A stretch of DNA of 64,000 bases from Patescibacteria group bacterium (GTDB taxonomy: Bacteria > Patescibacteriota > WWE3 > 0-14-0-20-40-13). Under the pieces are notes generated by a model. It worked only from the letters and a program-made list of their open reading frames with translations. It made no database searches and was not told the DNA's origin. Below, piece after piece: positions 18,319 through 26,785 of the stretch. The stretch is from positions 3,776 to 67,775 of the forward strand of contig JAHINB010000003.1 of assembly GCA_018896215.1 (NCBI GenBank). Reading direction: 5' to 3'. Positions within the stretch are counted from its first letter, which is position 1. Every line of letters starts with the position of its first letter. The translations under genes and the position numbers were made by a program.

Positions 18319-19208
18319 GGCAAACAAAACACTGGGGAGAGTATTTAAAAGCTTTAGGCTGGGACTCTTTAGAAACAAAAGGCAATAATTTGAGGATAAA
18401 AAAGCTAGGAGTATTGGGGAGTATTATAAAAATCCAAAGACCGCGGGAGCTAAACGAAAAAATTCTCCAACAAATTGCCACAATTGCCCAAAAAGAAAGG
18501 GCAATTATTGTTAAACTAGAGCCTAATTTGGGGTTTAATGACGAAAGATTGCTTGCAAAGTATGGTTATAAAAAAGATACCTGGCCCACAGTTCCTGCCC
18601 ACACTATCATTTTAGACTTGAGTGACAACATTCCCAACACTTACACAAAAGACGCCCGATATTCTATTAGAAAAGCCGAAAAAGCGGGCATTCTCACCAA
18701 GTTTTTTAAAACCACAAACCCCCAAGCTCAAAAAGAATTTTATAAACTCTATAAAGAATCCGCCAAGGGAAAGTTTTTTGTGTCCTCATTTGAAAAGGAT
18801 TTTATTCCCAAATGCCAGGCGCTGGATAAGAGCTCATTTATAGCGTTAGCCTCGTGTGACAACAAGAATAAGGGATTATCCCAAATTTGGGATAATCCCT
18901 ATTCAGGGGCGTTTGTTTGTGTGGTTGGTGATACGGCACACTATCTGCACGCAGGTACCACTCAAGAGGGTAAGGACACAGGCGCCCCTTACAAGTTAAT
19001 CTTGGAGATTTGTCAAAAACTAAAAAAAGATAAAGTTAAGTATTTGGACTTGGAAGGAATTTATGATCCCAGATATCCTAAATTTACCAAAGGTTGGCAG
19101 GGGTTTACCCATTTTAAAAGCCAATTCGGTGGGCGCATCATGGAATTTCCGCCGTCATATACAAAGTACCGTGGCTTGCTTAAACTTCTTGCTAGTTTTA
19201 GCTATTAA
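18309..19208 (+). CDS. FemAB-family aminoacyltransferase, copy 2
   Basis: Paralogous to the upstream gene (...DARYSIRKAEKAG...). Its ATG overlaps the upstream stop. Confidence 0.65.
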   Translation: MDLRQTKHWGEYLKALGWDSLETKGNNLRIKKLGVLGSIIKIQRPRELNEKILQQIATIAQKERAIIVKLEPNLGFNDERLLAKYGYKKDTWPTVPAHTIILDLSDNIPNTYTKDARYSIRKAEKAGILTKFFKTTNPQAQKEFYKLYKESAKGKFFVSSFEKDFIPKCQALDKSSFIALASCDNKNKGLSQIWDNPYSGAFVCVVGDTAHYLHAGTTQEGKDTGAPYKLILEICQKLKKDKVKYLDLEGIYDPRYPKFTKGWQGFTHFKSQFGGRIMEFPPSYTKYRGLLKLLASFSY

Positions 19209-19223
19209 TTGTAGACTTTATGT

Positions 19224-19523
19224 ATGTTCTTTAATAACGCCCTAGCTTATACAATTTCTAACCCCACGCAGTACGGCGATATTGGATCTATTGTCACGAC
19301 CCTTATTCCCAACATCTATATGGTTGCGGGACTGATTTTCTTTTTCCTATTGGTAATGGGAGGGATTAATTATATGATGGCAGGGGGCGATGACAAGGCT
19401 ATTAACAAAGCCAAAAACACCCTCACCGCCGCGGTGATTGGTTTTGCTATAGTATTTGGAAGTTTGTTTGTGATTAAAATTTTAGAAATTGTTTTGGGGA
19501 TTAAATTGTTTTCCATAGGATAA
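19224..19523 (+). CDS. Pilin-like small membrane protein (VirB2/TrbC-like, T4SS-pilin-like), array member 1
   Basis: Hydrophobic helix - GGINYMMAGGDDKAINKAKNTLT - second hydrophobic helix. Shares the core motif with the eight downstream paralogs. Confidence 0.6.
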   Translation: MFFNNALAYTISNPTQYGDIGSIVTTLIPNIYMVAGLIFFFLLVMGGINYMMAGGDDKAINKAKNTLTAAVIGFAIVFGSLFVIKILEIVLGIKLFSIG

Positions 19524-20147
19524 ATGTCTACAAATAATTATTCTGCTAGGTTGATTGCGGTTCTCCTTGGAGTCTTTTTGGGTTTAATTTTTGTGTCCCG
19601 AAGCGTTCTGGCCTATTGCGAGGATAGTACTGGTCAAAGATATGATGTTTTGTGCAATACAGATAGTCAATGTCAACAGGATACAGTTGTTATTGGCGGA
19701 GTCGGGGAGAGAATCTGTATGGTAGGAATTATTTGTCAGCTAAATGTTGCTGCTCCTGTCGGTGCCAGGATGGCTCCAGGTTTTAACAATGCTCTTCCTG
19801 CCTCCGAAAAGGGAGTCTGTGTGTCTTCGTTGGGGTATATAAACATTGCTCGAAACAAAATTGTTGGCGGATACAGTTTAACGGGAACTGGTTTGCGGGA
19901 TCTGATTAACAATGTTACCTTGGCGGTGGGTGTTGTTGTGGGGCTAATATTTTTTGTGATGCTGATTTTGGGTGGAATTGCGTACATGATGAGTAGTGGA
20001 GACGAAAAACAGCTAACTAAAGCTAAGCAACAAATAACCGCAGGACTCATTGGGCTGGTGATTGTTTTTATGGCGTGGTGGGTGGTAAAAATAATTAGTG
20101 TAATTTTTGGAATTAATATTTTACAACCGTCATTTACAGGTCCTTGA
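19524..20147 (+). CDS. Pilin-like protein, array member 2, with an N-terminal Cys-rich extension
   Basis: Signal peptide, a roughly 90-aa region with 7 Cys, then the core ...GGIAYMMSSGDEKQLTKAKQQITAGLIG..., ending PSFTGP-TGA. Confidence 0.6.
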   Translation: MSTNNYSARLIAVLLGVFLGLIFVSRSVLAYCEDSTGQRYDVLCNTDSQCQQDTVVIGGVGERICMVGIICQLNVAAPVGARMAPGFNNALPASEKGVCVSSLGYINIARNKIVGGYSLTGTGLRDLINNVTLAVGVVVGLIFFVMLILGGIAYMMSSGDEKQLTKAKQQITAGLIGLVIVFMAWWVVKIISVIFGINILQPSFTGP

Positions 20148-20150
20148 TAT

Positions 20151-20528
20151 ATGAATATTTTACTTGCAAGAACATTTGATCTTTTTGATAAAACTAAACC
20201 CGCTGATGGTATTTTCGGAGTGATCCCAGGCTCTCAAAAAGATGCCGCCCTTGGAGGTAGTGCGAATTTGTTTGTTGAGACAATAAGTTATGTGGTTATT
20301 GCTGCGGGAGTTGTTGCGGGGCTGATACTATTGGGAATGTTGATAATGGGAGCAATAACTTACATGACGAGTGCGGGAGACGAAAAGGTTTTAACTAGAG
20401 CCAAACAACAGATGACTAACGCCGTTATTGGGTTTGTTATTATAGCTATGTCTTATTGGATTGTTAGAATTATTGGTACAATTTTTGGATTACCGAATAT
20501 TTTAAAACCAACATTTATAGGTCCATAA
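20151..20528 (+). CDS. Pilin-like protein, array member 3
   Basis: Core ...GAITYMTSAGDEKVLTRAKQQMTNAVIG..., ending PTFIGP-TAA. Confidence 0.6.
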   Translation: MNILLARTFDLFDKTKPADGIFGVIPGSQKDAALGGSANLFVETISYVVIAAGVVAGLILLGMLIMGAITYMTSAGDEKVLTRAKQQMTNAVIGFVIIAMSYWIVRIIGTIFGLPNILKPTFIGP

Positions 20529-20531
20529 AAT

Positions 20532-20891
20532 ATGACAAAAAACTTATTGGCGATAACAGAATTTAAACCGGATAAATATATTGGTGGGGTGCTTCCTAGC
20601 CAGAGTTCCGGCGCTACCCAGCCCGCCGAGTCAATTTTTGGTCAAACGGTGCAGTATATAATTTCTGCTGCATTTGTCATCTCGGGACTTGCCTTTCTGG
20701 TGACTTTTATTATGGGGGCGTTTACTTACCTATCCAGCGCTGGGGATGAGAAGCAGTTGGATAAGGCCAAAAAGACTATGACTAATGGCGTGATAGGCTT
20801 TGTAATTATGGCAGTAACATTTTTGATCGTTAACCTATTAGAGAATATCTTTGGGATAGCGCTTACTACTTTTACATTTGAAGGACTTTAA
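20532..20891 (+). CDS. Pilin-like protein, array member 4
   Basis: Core ...GAFTYLSSAGDEKQLDKAKKTMTNGVIG... Confidence 0.6.
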   Translation: MTKNLLAITEFKPDKYIGGVLPSQSSGATQPAESIFGQTVQYIISAAFVISGLAFLVTFIMGAFTYLSSAGDEKQLDKAKKTMTNGVIGFVIMAVTFLIVNLLENIFGIALTTFTFEGL

Positions 20892-20897
20892 AATATT

Positions 20898-21512
20898 ATG
20901 ACTACTAATTATGGGAATTTAAATCCAGTTGGGTACTTTGGTAGCGCCATAAAAACTGGGCAATTTGTTTCGGTGATTATTACGGTAATAACTGTTGTTG
21001 CTGGGCTGTACTTTTTAGTTAACCTTGCCATGGGGGGTTTAAGCTACGCCACAAGTGCGGGGGACGAAAAGGAGCTTGCCAAGGCTAGAAAAACACTTAG
21101 CAACGCGCTATTGGGGTTTCTTCTTGTGGTATCTTCATATTTTATTTCTGGTTATGTGGCTTTAAGACTTGGAATGCAAGATATTCTAAAACCTGCCATT
21201 AATACCGCAAGCAATACCTCCCTTGTATGTGTAAATATTACTATGACTCCAGCGAACCCGTCTACCACAGTTGCCTCTTATGATATATATCTGCACTCTG
21301 CTGGTGTAGACTTTTACAAATCACACTGGACAAAGACGGTTGGTGAGGATGTCATATCTTTAAGTTTTTCTAAATCTGCATTTCCAGTTGTAGCAGTGAC
21401 AGCACTTGTGGTACCTATTATTCCAGGTGCTGGAGCCCAGCCTCCGAAAATAGGAATGTTGGGCGCGTATGATGCGAATGGATGCTACTTTACAGAATTT
21501 GATAATTTGTAA
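20898..21512 (+). CDS. Pilin-like protein, array member 5, with a roughly 90-aa C-terminal extension
   Basis: Core ...GGLSYATSAGDEKELAKARKTLSNALLG..., followed by an extra domain (LVCVNITMTPANPST...). Confidence 0.6.
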   Translation: MTTNYGNLNPVGYFGSAIKTGQFVSVIITVITVVAGLYFLVNLAMGGLSYATSAGDEKELAKARKTLSNALLGFLLVVSSYFISGYVALRLGMQDILKPAINTASNTSLVCVNITMTPANPSTTVASYDIYLHSAGVDFYKSHWTKTVGEDVISLSFSKSAFPVVAVTALVVPIIPGAGAQPPKIGMLGAYDANGCYFTEFDNL

Positions 21513-21518
21513 TCAATT

Positions 21519-21869
21519 ATGGAGAAAAAATTTCTAACATTTAGCCTAGGGGATGTAAAAAACAACGCTATACCTAACGCAGTTCCGCAAACTGGTAGTA
21601 ATACATATACTGGGAACATAGAGTCTATCATCAGTGTTATTATTGGAACGATAACAATTATTGCTGGTGTTGCCTTGTTGCTCTACTTGGCGATGGGGGC
21701 GTTTACCTATATGACAGCAGGGGGGGACGAAAAGGCGGCGACCAAAGCTAAAGGCATGATCACGGATGCGGTGATTGGACTGATTATAGTTGTTGCCAGC
21801 ATGACCATTGCGACAATTTTATTAAAGATTTTTGGATTAGATATTAAAGCCCTGCCCTGGTATTCCTAA
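21519..21869 (+). CDS. Pilin-like protein, array member 6
   Basis: Core ...GAFTYMTAGGDEKAATKAKGMITDAVIG... Confidence 0.6.
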   Translation: MEKKFLTFSLGDVKNNAIPNAVPQTGSNTYTGNIESIISVIIGTITIIAGVALLLYLAMGAFTYMTAGGDEKAATKAKGMITDAVIGLIIVVASMTIATILLKIFGLDIKALPWYS

Positions 21870-21871
21870 TT

Positions 21872-22219
21872 ATGAAATTAGCTGTTATTACAAACCCCGC
21901 TCTTCCCTCCGGATCGTCGGTGCAAACCGCCTCGGGTTTTGCTAACTATGTTTCGATTGCTCTGCGCACCATGTACATTATCGGTGGTGTTGCCATGACC
22001 GTAATTTTAGTTTATGGGGGACTCATGTACATTACCAGCGTCGGCGACGATAAAGCGCTTTCTAAAGCTAAAAAAATTATGACCGACGCTATTATTGGCA
22101 TTATAATTTTGGCTTCTACCATTCCCATCGCTAAAATTTTAGAAAGTATTTTTGGCTTAAATATCTTTAATATTAGTTTTCCGGCTTTTTCTGATTTTAT
22201 TGGAGTTGGAGGAACTTAA
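21872..22219 (+). CDS. Pilin-like protein, array member 7
   Basis: Core ...GGLMYITSVGDDKALSKAKKIMTDAIIG... Confidence 0.6.
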   Translation: MKLAVITNPALPSGSSVQTASGFANYVSIALRTMYIIGGVAMTVILVYGGLMYITSVGDDKALSKAKKIMTDAIIGIIILASTIPIAKILESIFGLNIFNISFPAFSDFIGVGGT

Positions 22220-22220
22220 G

Positions 22221-22922
22221 ATGCTTGATTTAACTCAATTGATCGCCCCAGTTTACGCCGCCGTTTCTGGCGGGACAGTAGATACCAGCTCCTGGCAACC
22301 GGAAAACTTTAAAGGGCTGATAGAAATCGCCATTCGGACGCTTTTTGTGGTTGGGGGCGTAGCCTTTGTGATTTTGTTTTTAGTTGGCGCAATACGATAT
22401 ATCACTAGCGGGGGAGATGTTAAAGCGGTGGATGGGGCAAAGAAAAATATTACCGCGGCAATTGTGGGGGTTTTGATTTTAGCTTCGGTTTACACTGTGG
22501 CGTGGTTTTTAAATAGGACCCTGGGCGCGCCGACTTTTGGTGGAGTTGTTAGTTGGACAGGGAGTGGGGGTGGGTACACCAGTCCCCCTGGAGTTGGCGC
22601 AATCCCAAGTGGTTGCGCACCAGATAATTGTCCATTTGATGGTAGAACTGGCAATAACCGTTGTTTTGGAGGCTGGACTTTTGGTTGCGATTTAGTTTCT
22701 GATCCCAAACAAAAATCTAAGTGCTTTAGATTAAGCAATGCTTCTGGTGGATGGGATTCGGGAAGTCACAACAAATGGATCTTAAATGCTTGTCAAGTTC
22801 CGGGAGAAACAGATCCAGCAAAAACTCTTGTCGATTTTCCGGTTGGTGATTGGGGTGATGTCTGTGTTCCTCATGATCAAGGCGTGAGTTCTAAATCTTG
22901 TGATTGTGGACAATGCTTGTAG
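22221..22922 (+). CDS. Pilin-like protein, array member 8, with a C-terminal Cys/Gly/Trp-rich domain
   Basis: ATG at 22221 preceded by a GGAGGAA SD. Core ...GAIRYITSGGDVKAVDGAKKNITAAIVG..., then a roughly 120-aa tail with 10 Cys (GCAPDNCPFDG...CDCGQCL). Confidence 0.6.
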   Translation: MLDLTQLIAPVYAAVSGGTVDTSSWQPENFKGLIEIAIRTLFVVGGVAFVILFLVGAIRYITSGGDVKAVDGAKKNITAAIVGVLILASVYTVAWFLNRTLGAPTFGGVVSWTGSGGGYTSPPGVGAIPSGCAPDNCPFDGRTGNNRCFGGWTFGCDLVSDPKQKSKCFRLSNASGGWDSGSHNKWILNACQVPGETDPAKTLVDFPVGDWGDVCVPHDQGVSSKSCDCGQCL

Positions 22923-22996
22923 TTCCGAATGCTTGCAAAGAGATTAGTTGTTAGTTACAATGATTAAAGTTTAACTTGGGAGGTGAGTAAATTACT

Positions 22997-23410
22997 ATGA
23001 ACTTCAAAAAAATACTCGGATCGGTGTCGCTTGCCACAGCAACCGCCTTGTCTTTGGTCAAAGGTGTGTTTGCGGCTGGTGTGGATTTGTCCATACAAAC
23101 AGGAACTTTTCCAACTGGTTCGCAAAGGTCGTTTGGAAGCTTTTTTAGCTTTGCCATCAGAATACTGTTTGCCTTGGGCGGAATCCTGATGCTGGTCTTT
23201 TTGATTATGGGTGGGATTCGCTACATTACCAGCGGAGGCGACAAATTGCAGGCGCAAGGCGCCAGAGACATGATTACCAACGCTTTAATTGGAATCATTA
23301 TTATTGCCGCATCTTACGCTATAGCAACTTTGCTGAATAGCTTGTTTGGAATTGATATCTTTAATGCTACAATCAGTATTCCAATGACCAATCCTGTTGT
23401 TTCACCATAA
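22997..23410 (+). CDS. Pilin-like protein, array member 9
   Basis: Strong GGGAGGTGA SD, a clear signal peptide (MNFKKILGSVSLATATALSLVKGVFA), and core ...GGIRYITSGGDKLQAQGARDMITNALIG... Confidence 0.6.
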   Translation: MNFKKILGSVSLATATALSLVKGVFAAGVDLSIQTGTFPTGSQRSFGSFFSFAIRILFALGGILMLVFLIMGGIRYITSGGDKLQAQGARDMITNALIGIIIIAASYAIATLLNSLFGIDIFNATISIPMTNPVVSP

Positions 23411-23411
23411 A

Positions 23412-23465
23412 CTCAAATCGCGCGATTTGAGACGCAAAAGCCGCGGTTTTTACCGCGGTTTTTGG
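23412..23465. terminator. Bidirectional terminator region between the pilin array (+) and the serine hydrolase gene (-)
   Basis: Perfect 20-nt palindrome CTCAAATCGCGCGATTTGAG at 23412-23431, then CCGCGG-TTTTTA-CCGCGG-TTTTT at 23441-23463. T/A runs flank it on both strands. Confidence 0.6.
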
Positions 23466-24367
23466 TTGTAGTCAAAAACTCCCTTAGAAATTAAAGCGAT
23501 TCTTTCCATGGCATCTGGCGGGGAGTCGCTTTGCGACATTACCACTAGAATATAATTTCCGTTATCCGTAAAAACTATTCCAGCATCATGCTTAAAAGAG
23601 TCAATCTCTCCTGTTTTATGGGCAACTTTTACTGTGGGGGGTAAATATTTTGGCAACCCATTATTTAATTGCTGGTTTGCCAAAAGATTAAGCATTTCTT
23701 GAGTGTTTTGCTGATTGGCAAGTTCGCTTTGATAGAGTTTTTTAAAAAAGAGAGCCGTATCGTAGGGTGTGGTTGTAGGGGGAGTGTTGTATGATCCCAA
23801 ATTTGATTTGGTAAGACCATTTTCTTTTAAAAATGTGGCAACAGCGGATAAACCCACTTTTTCGGTTAAAAGTAGCGCCGTGTAATTGTCCGAAACGGTA
23901 ATCATTTGGGTTAAGGCATCAGCGACTGTAAAGGTAACTTCCCCTTCGGTTTGTTCGGCAGAATTTGCATCAATATTAAATTCTTGATTTAGTACAGTCG
24001 CATCCTGACTTAAAACCTGGTTTTCTTGTAACTGTCCATTTTTAATTTGCTGGTAAGCTGTTGCCATAACCCAGAGTTTATACAAGCTTCCAGCGTCAAA
24101 AACAATCTGTTCGTTAGAATAGTAAGTTTCGCCGGTTTTAAGATTCTGGATAACTATCCCATATGTTCCAGTTGCTCCTTCCAAGGCGGTATTAACAATA
24201 TCTTTTAAAGGGGTCGTTTGATTAAGATTCGTCTCTTCTTTCGTTAGGACGAACCTATTGCCACTAATTTTAACGGCAGGACTTAAGAGCAAAAAAACAC
24301 CAAGCACTCCTACAAGTAACAATGGTAAAAGTTTAACAACTCGTTTTTTCTTGTTTTTCATGACCAA
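23450..24367 (-). CDS. Secreted serine hydrolase with a class A beta-lactamase-like fold
   Basis: Signal peptide, S-x-x-K (SLYK), SDN (VSDNYTA) and KTG (HKTGEI) motifs in the canonical order. Confidence 0.75.
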   Translation of the reverse strand: MVMKNKKKRVVKLLPLLLVGVLGVFLLLSPAVKISGNRFVLTKEETNLNQTTPLKDIVNTALEGATGTYGIVIQNLKTGETYYSNEQIVFDAGSLYKLWVMATAYQQIKNGQLQENQVLSQDATVLNQEFNIDANSAEQTEGEVTFTVADALTQMITVSDNYTALLLTEKVGLSAVATFLKENGLTKSNLGSYNTPPTTTPYDTALFFKKLYQSELANQQNTQEMLNLLANQQLNNGLPKYLPPTVKVAHKTGEIDSFKHDAGIVFTDNGNYILVVMSQSDSPPDAMERIALISKGVFDYNQKPR

Positions 24368-24377
24368 ATTGTATCAT

Positions 24378-24659
24378 TTAAAGCGTACCCTCTATTTTTA
24401 TGGCTTTTCCTTGAATAATTGCCTGGGCAATCTTTTTACTGGCACTGCCTAATAGTCTAGCAAAGGTTGGCTGGGAGATTTTCATTTTTTCCGAAGCTTT
24501 CATCTGCTCTAATCCGTCAATCTCATGTAGTTTTAAGGCCTCTAACTCATCAGGCAACAAAACTACTTCCTCAAGAACCCGTAAAGGAATCCCTTGAGGT
24601 TTAAAGTAGTAAACGGTTGGTTTAAACCGCAAACAGCGGGGTTTTTTTGGTCTGGACAT
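24378..24659 (-). CDS. DUF134 (UPF0251) family putative DNA-binding protein
   Basis: MSRPKKPRCL...FKP.G.P...LE.VLL..DE.EA.RL.D..GL.QE.AA..M.VS..T..R is the characteristic DUF134 pattern. Confidence 0.6.
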   Translation of the reverse strand: MSRPKKPRCLRFKPTVYYFKPQGIPLRVLEEVVLLPDELEALKLHEIDGLEQMKASEKMKISQPTFARLLGSASKKIAQAIIQGKAIKIEGTL

Positions 24660-24663
24660 ATTG

Positions 24664-24888
24664 TTAATCCTGCTTTTGCAAATTAGCAAGTTCTTTTTCG
24701 GTTTCTTCTATTTCTTCTTGCAGGGCTTTACGGTATGCTTTAATATCCTCAACCTTCTCCTCTTTTGTTTGAGGAACATTCCATCCAAAGTATCTACCTA
24801 ACCCTCTGCCGTATCCACGGCATCTGCCAAATCTCATTCCGGTCATTGGACCTTGTCCTTGCGGACCTGTTTTATCTAATGCTGGCAT
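24664..24888 (-). CDS. DUF5320-like small protein (Gly/Arg-rich N-terminus, coiled-coil C-terminus)
   Basis: MPALDKTGPQGQGPMTGMRFGRCRGYGRG... then an acidic coiled coil. This family commonly partners with DUF134. Confidence 0.5.
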   Translation of the reverse strand: MPALDKTGPQGQGPMTGMRFGRCRGYGRGLGRYFGWNVPQTKEEKVEDIKAYRKALQEEIEETEKELANLQKQD

Positions 24889-25177
24889 ATTTTTATATCA
24901 CCCCTTTCAAATTTGTAATGAATATGTATTCATATTATCAAGGGAGTTGTTCTTTGTCAAACCAAAAAAATATTTCTTCCACTTCAGAGGTGGGGGATCC
25001 TAGTTGATAATTATATATTATTAGTAAATGAAGAAATAGTTCGTATTAAAGGGCTAAAAATACTATGCGCCTTGTGGCTTGTTCCGACCCAGGGTCGTGG
25101 AGAAGAATGGGTGCAGTCTCCATATATTCCGTCAATATGGAGTTTCCAACTCCATAAACGCTTGACATTGTGGTTCG

Positions 25178-26359
25178 GTGGGTTACACTGTACCTAACAT
25201 GATAAAAAGACAAATAATCTTGCCTCAAAATACAAGCTTTTTTCTTTTCGGACCACGCGGTACTGGAAAATCTTATCTTATAAAGGAGCGTTATCCTAAA
25301 TCTGTGTACATAGACTTACTAGAATCCGATACATACCGACAGCTACTAGCAAAACCAGAGAGATTAAGGGAATACGCAACATTAAACAAGAATCTTCCTG
25401 TAGTTATTGACGAAATACAAAGAGTTCCAAATCTATTAAACGAAGTTCACCGCCTAATCGAAAACGAAAAGATAAACTTTGTACTTACTGGATCGAGTGC
25501 TAGAAAACTTAAAGAAACGCAAGCCAATTTACTTGCAGGTAGGGCATTAAAATACAATCTATTTCCACTAACTCTTTCGGAGATAGGGAAAGATGTATCT
25601 TTAGATAGGATTTTAAAAGACGGTCTATTGCCAACTATTTACGACCCTAATAAAAATATCGATCCAGCTAAGTATCTGGAGAGCTATGTACAGATTTACC
25701 TAGAGGAAGAAGTTTTACAGGAGGGTTTAACTAGAAACTTAGCCAATTTTTCGCGTTTCCTAGAAATTGCAAGTTTTTCTCAAGGGCAACAACTAAATGT
25801 GTCAGAAGTAGCAAGAGAATCATCTATAAACAGAAAGGTTGCTGAATCCTACTTTAGAATTTTGTATGATTTACTAATTGCTTACGAACTTCCAGTTTTT
25901 AAAAAAAGAGTAAAAAGAAAACTGGTATCTCAAAGCAAGTTTTATTACTTTGATGTCGGAGTTTATTCCACAATAAAGCCAAAGGGGTTTTTGGATAGGA
26001 GAGAAAATGGAGAAGGCATACTTTACGAAAGCCTTGTTCTCCAGGAAATTGTGGCTACCAACTCTTATCTAGGCTCAAAATACGAAATTAGTTACTGGAG
26101 AACAAAAAGTGGTGTCGAGGTAGATTTTGTGCTTTACGGGGAAGACAAATTAATTGCAATAGAGGTTAAAAGAAAAGATAATATTTTAAAAAGTGATATT
26201 ACTGGGTTGTTAACATTTAAAACCGATTATCCTATGGTAAAGTCGTTTGTCTTTTACGGAGGAGATAAGATATTAAATATAAATGGTGTTATAGCTATAC
26301 CAATAAAAGAGGCTCTTTTGAACTTAACGGAGATATTCCAAGGAAGCTATCCAGGTTAG
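25178..26359 (+). CDS. AAA+ ATPase, AAA_14/DUF4143 family (paralog 2)
   Basis: Walker A GPRGTGKSYL and Walker B VVIDEIQ, with a DUF4143-like C-terminus. Confidence 0.8.
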   Translation: MGYTVPNMIKRQIILPQNTSFFLFGPRGTGKSYLIKERYPKSVYIDLLESDTYRQLLAKPERLREYATLNKNLPVVIDEIQRVPNLLNEVHRLIENEKINFVLTGSSARKLKETQANLLAGRALKYNLFPLTLSEIGKDVSLDRILKDGLLPTIYDPNKNIDPAKYLESYVQIYLEEEVLQEGLTRNLANFSRFLEIASFSQGQQLNVSEVARESSINRKVAESYFRILYDLLIAYELPVFKKRVKRKLVSQSKFYYFDVGVYSTIKPKGFLDRRENGEGILYESLVLQEIVATNSYLGSKYEISYWRTKSGVEVDFVLYGEDKLIAIEVKRKDNILKSDITGLLTFKTDYPMVKSFVFYGGDKILNINGVIAIPIKEALLNLTEIFQGSYPG

Positions 26360-26402
26360 ATTATAAAAGACAAATTTTCTGCAATCTAGCTCCACATACA
26401 GT

Positions 26403-26615
26403 TTATTTCTTTCTCATCGCAATAATCAAACCTTCATGATGCCCGTACTTTCCGCCTTTCCACCGATTAGTTTCCACCTTTACTATGTCAAAATATTTTC
26501 CATATTGTTTTTTAACATCTTCAATGCTGCGGCAACCTAGGTTATTATAGTTTGGATCTTTAGCGATGTTTGCTTTGTATCCCGGATGGTTTTTACTGAA
26601 CCCAAAATACATCAA
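26403..26615 (-). CDS. Hypothetical small protein
   Basis: 70-aa ORF between two DUF4143 ATPase genes with no recognisable motif. Confidence 0.3.
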   Translation of the reverse strand: MMYFGFSKNHPGYKANIAKDPNYNNLGCRSIEDVKKQYGKYFDIVKVETNRWKGGKYGHHEGLIIAMRKK

Positions 26616-26785
26616 GTACCCCTTGGGTTTAAGTACACGTATGCAATTGCCGAAGGTTTAGTGTTAAACCAAGGTTTTTTGGGAACAAAGATTTCGGTAA
26701 GCTTCTGATAAAGAATATTCATTATAAGGAGGACGAACGATGTTGGAACCCCTTTCTAAAGACCTAATAACAAGAAACTGCCTTA

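Noticed and set aside
22490-22738. ORF 22490-22738(-) inside pilin member 8
   Set aside because: It is antisense to the Gly/Pro-rich coding region and its composition is repetitive.
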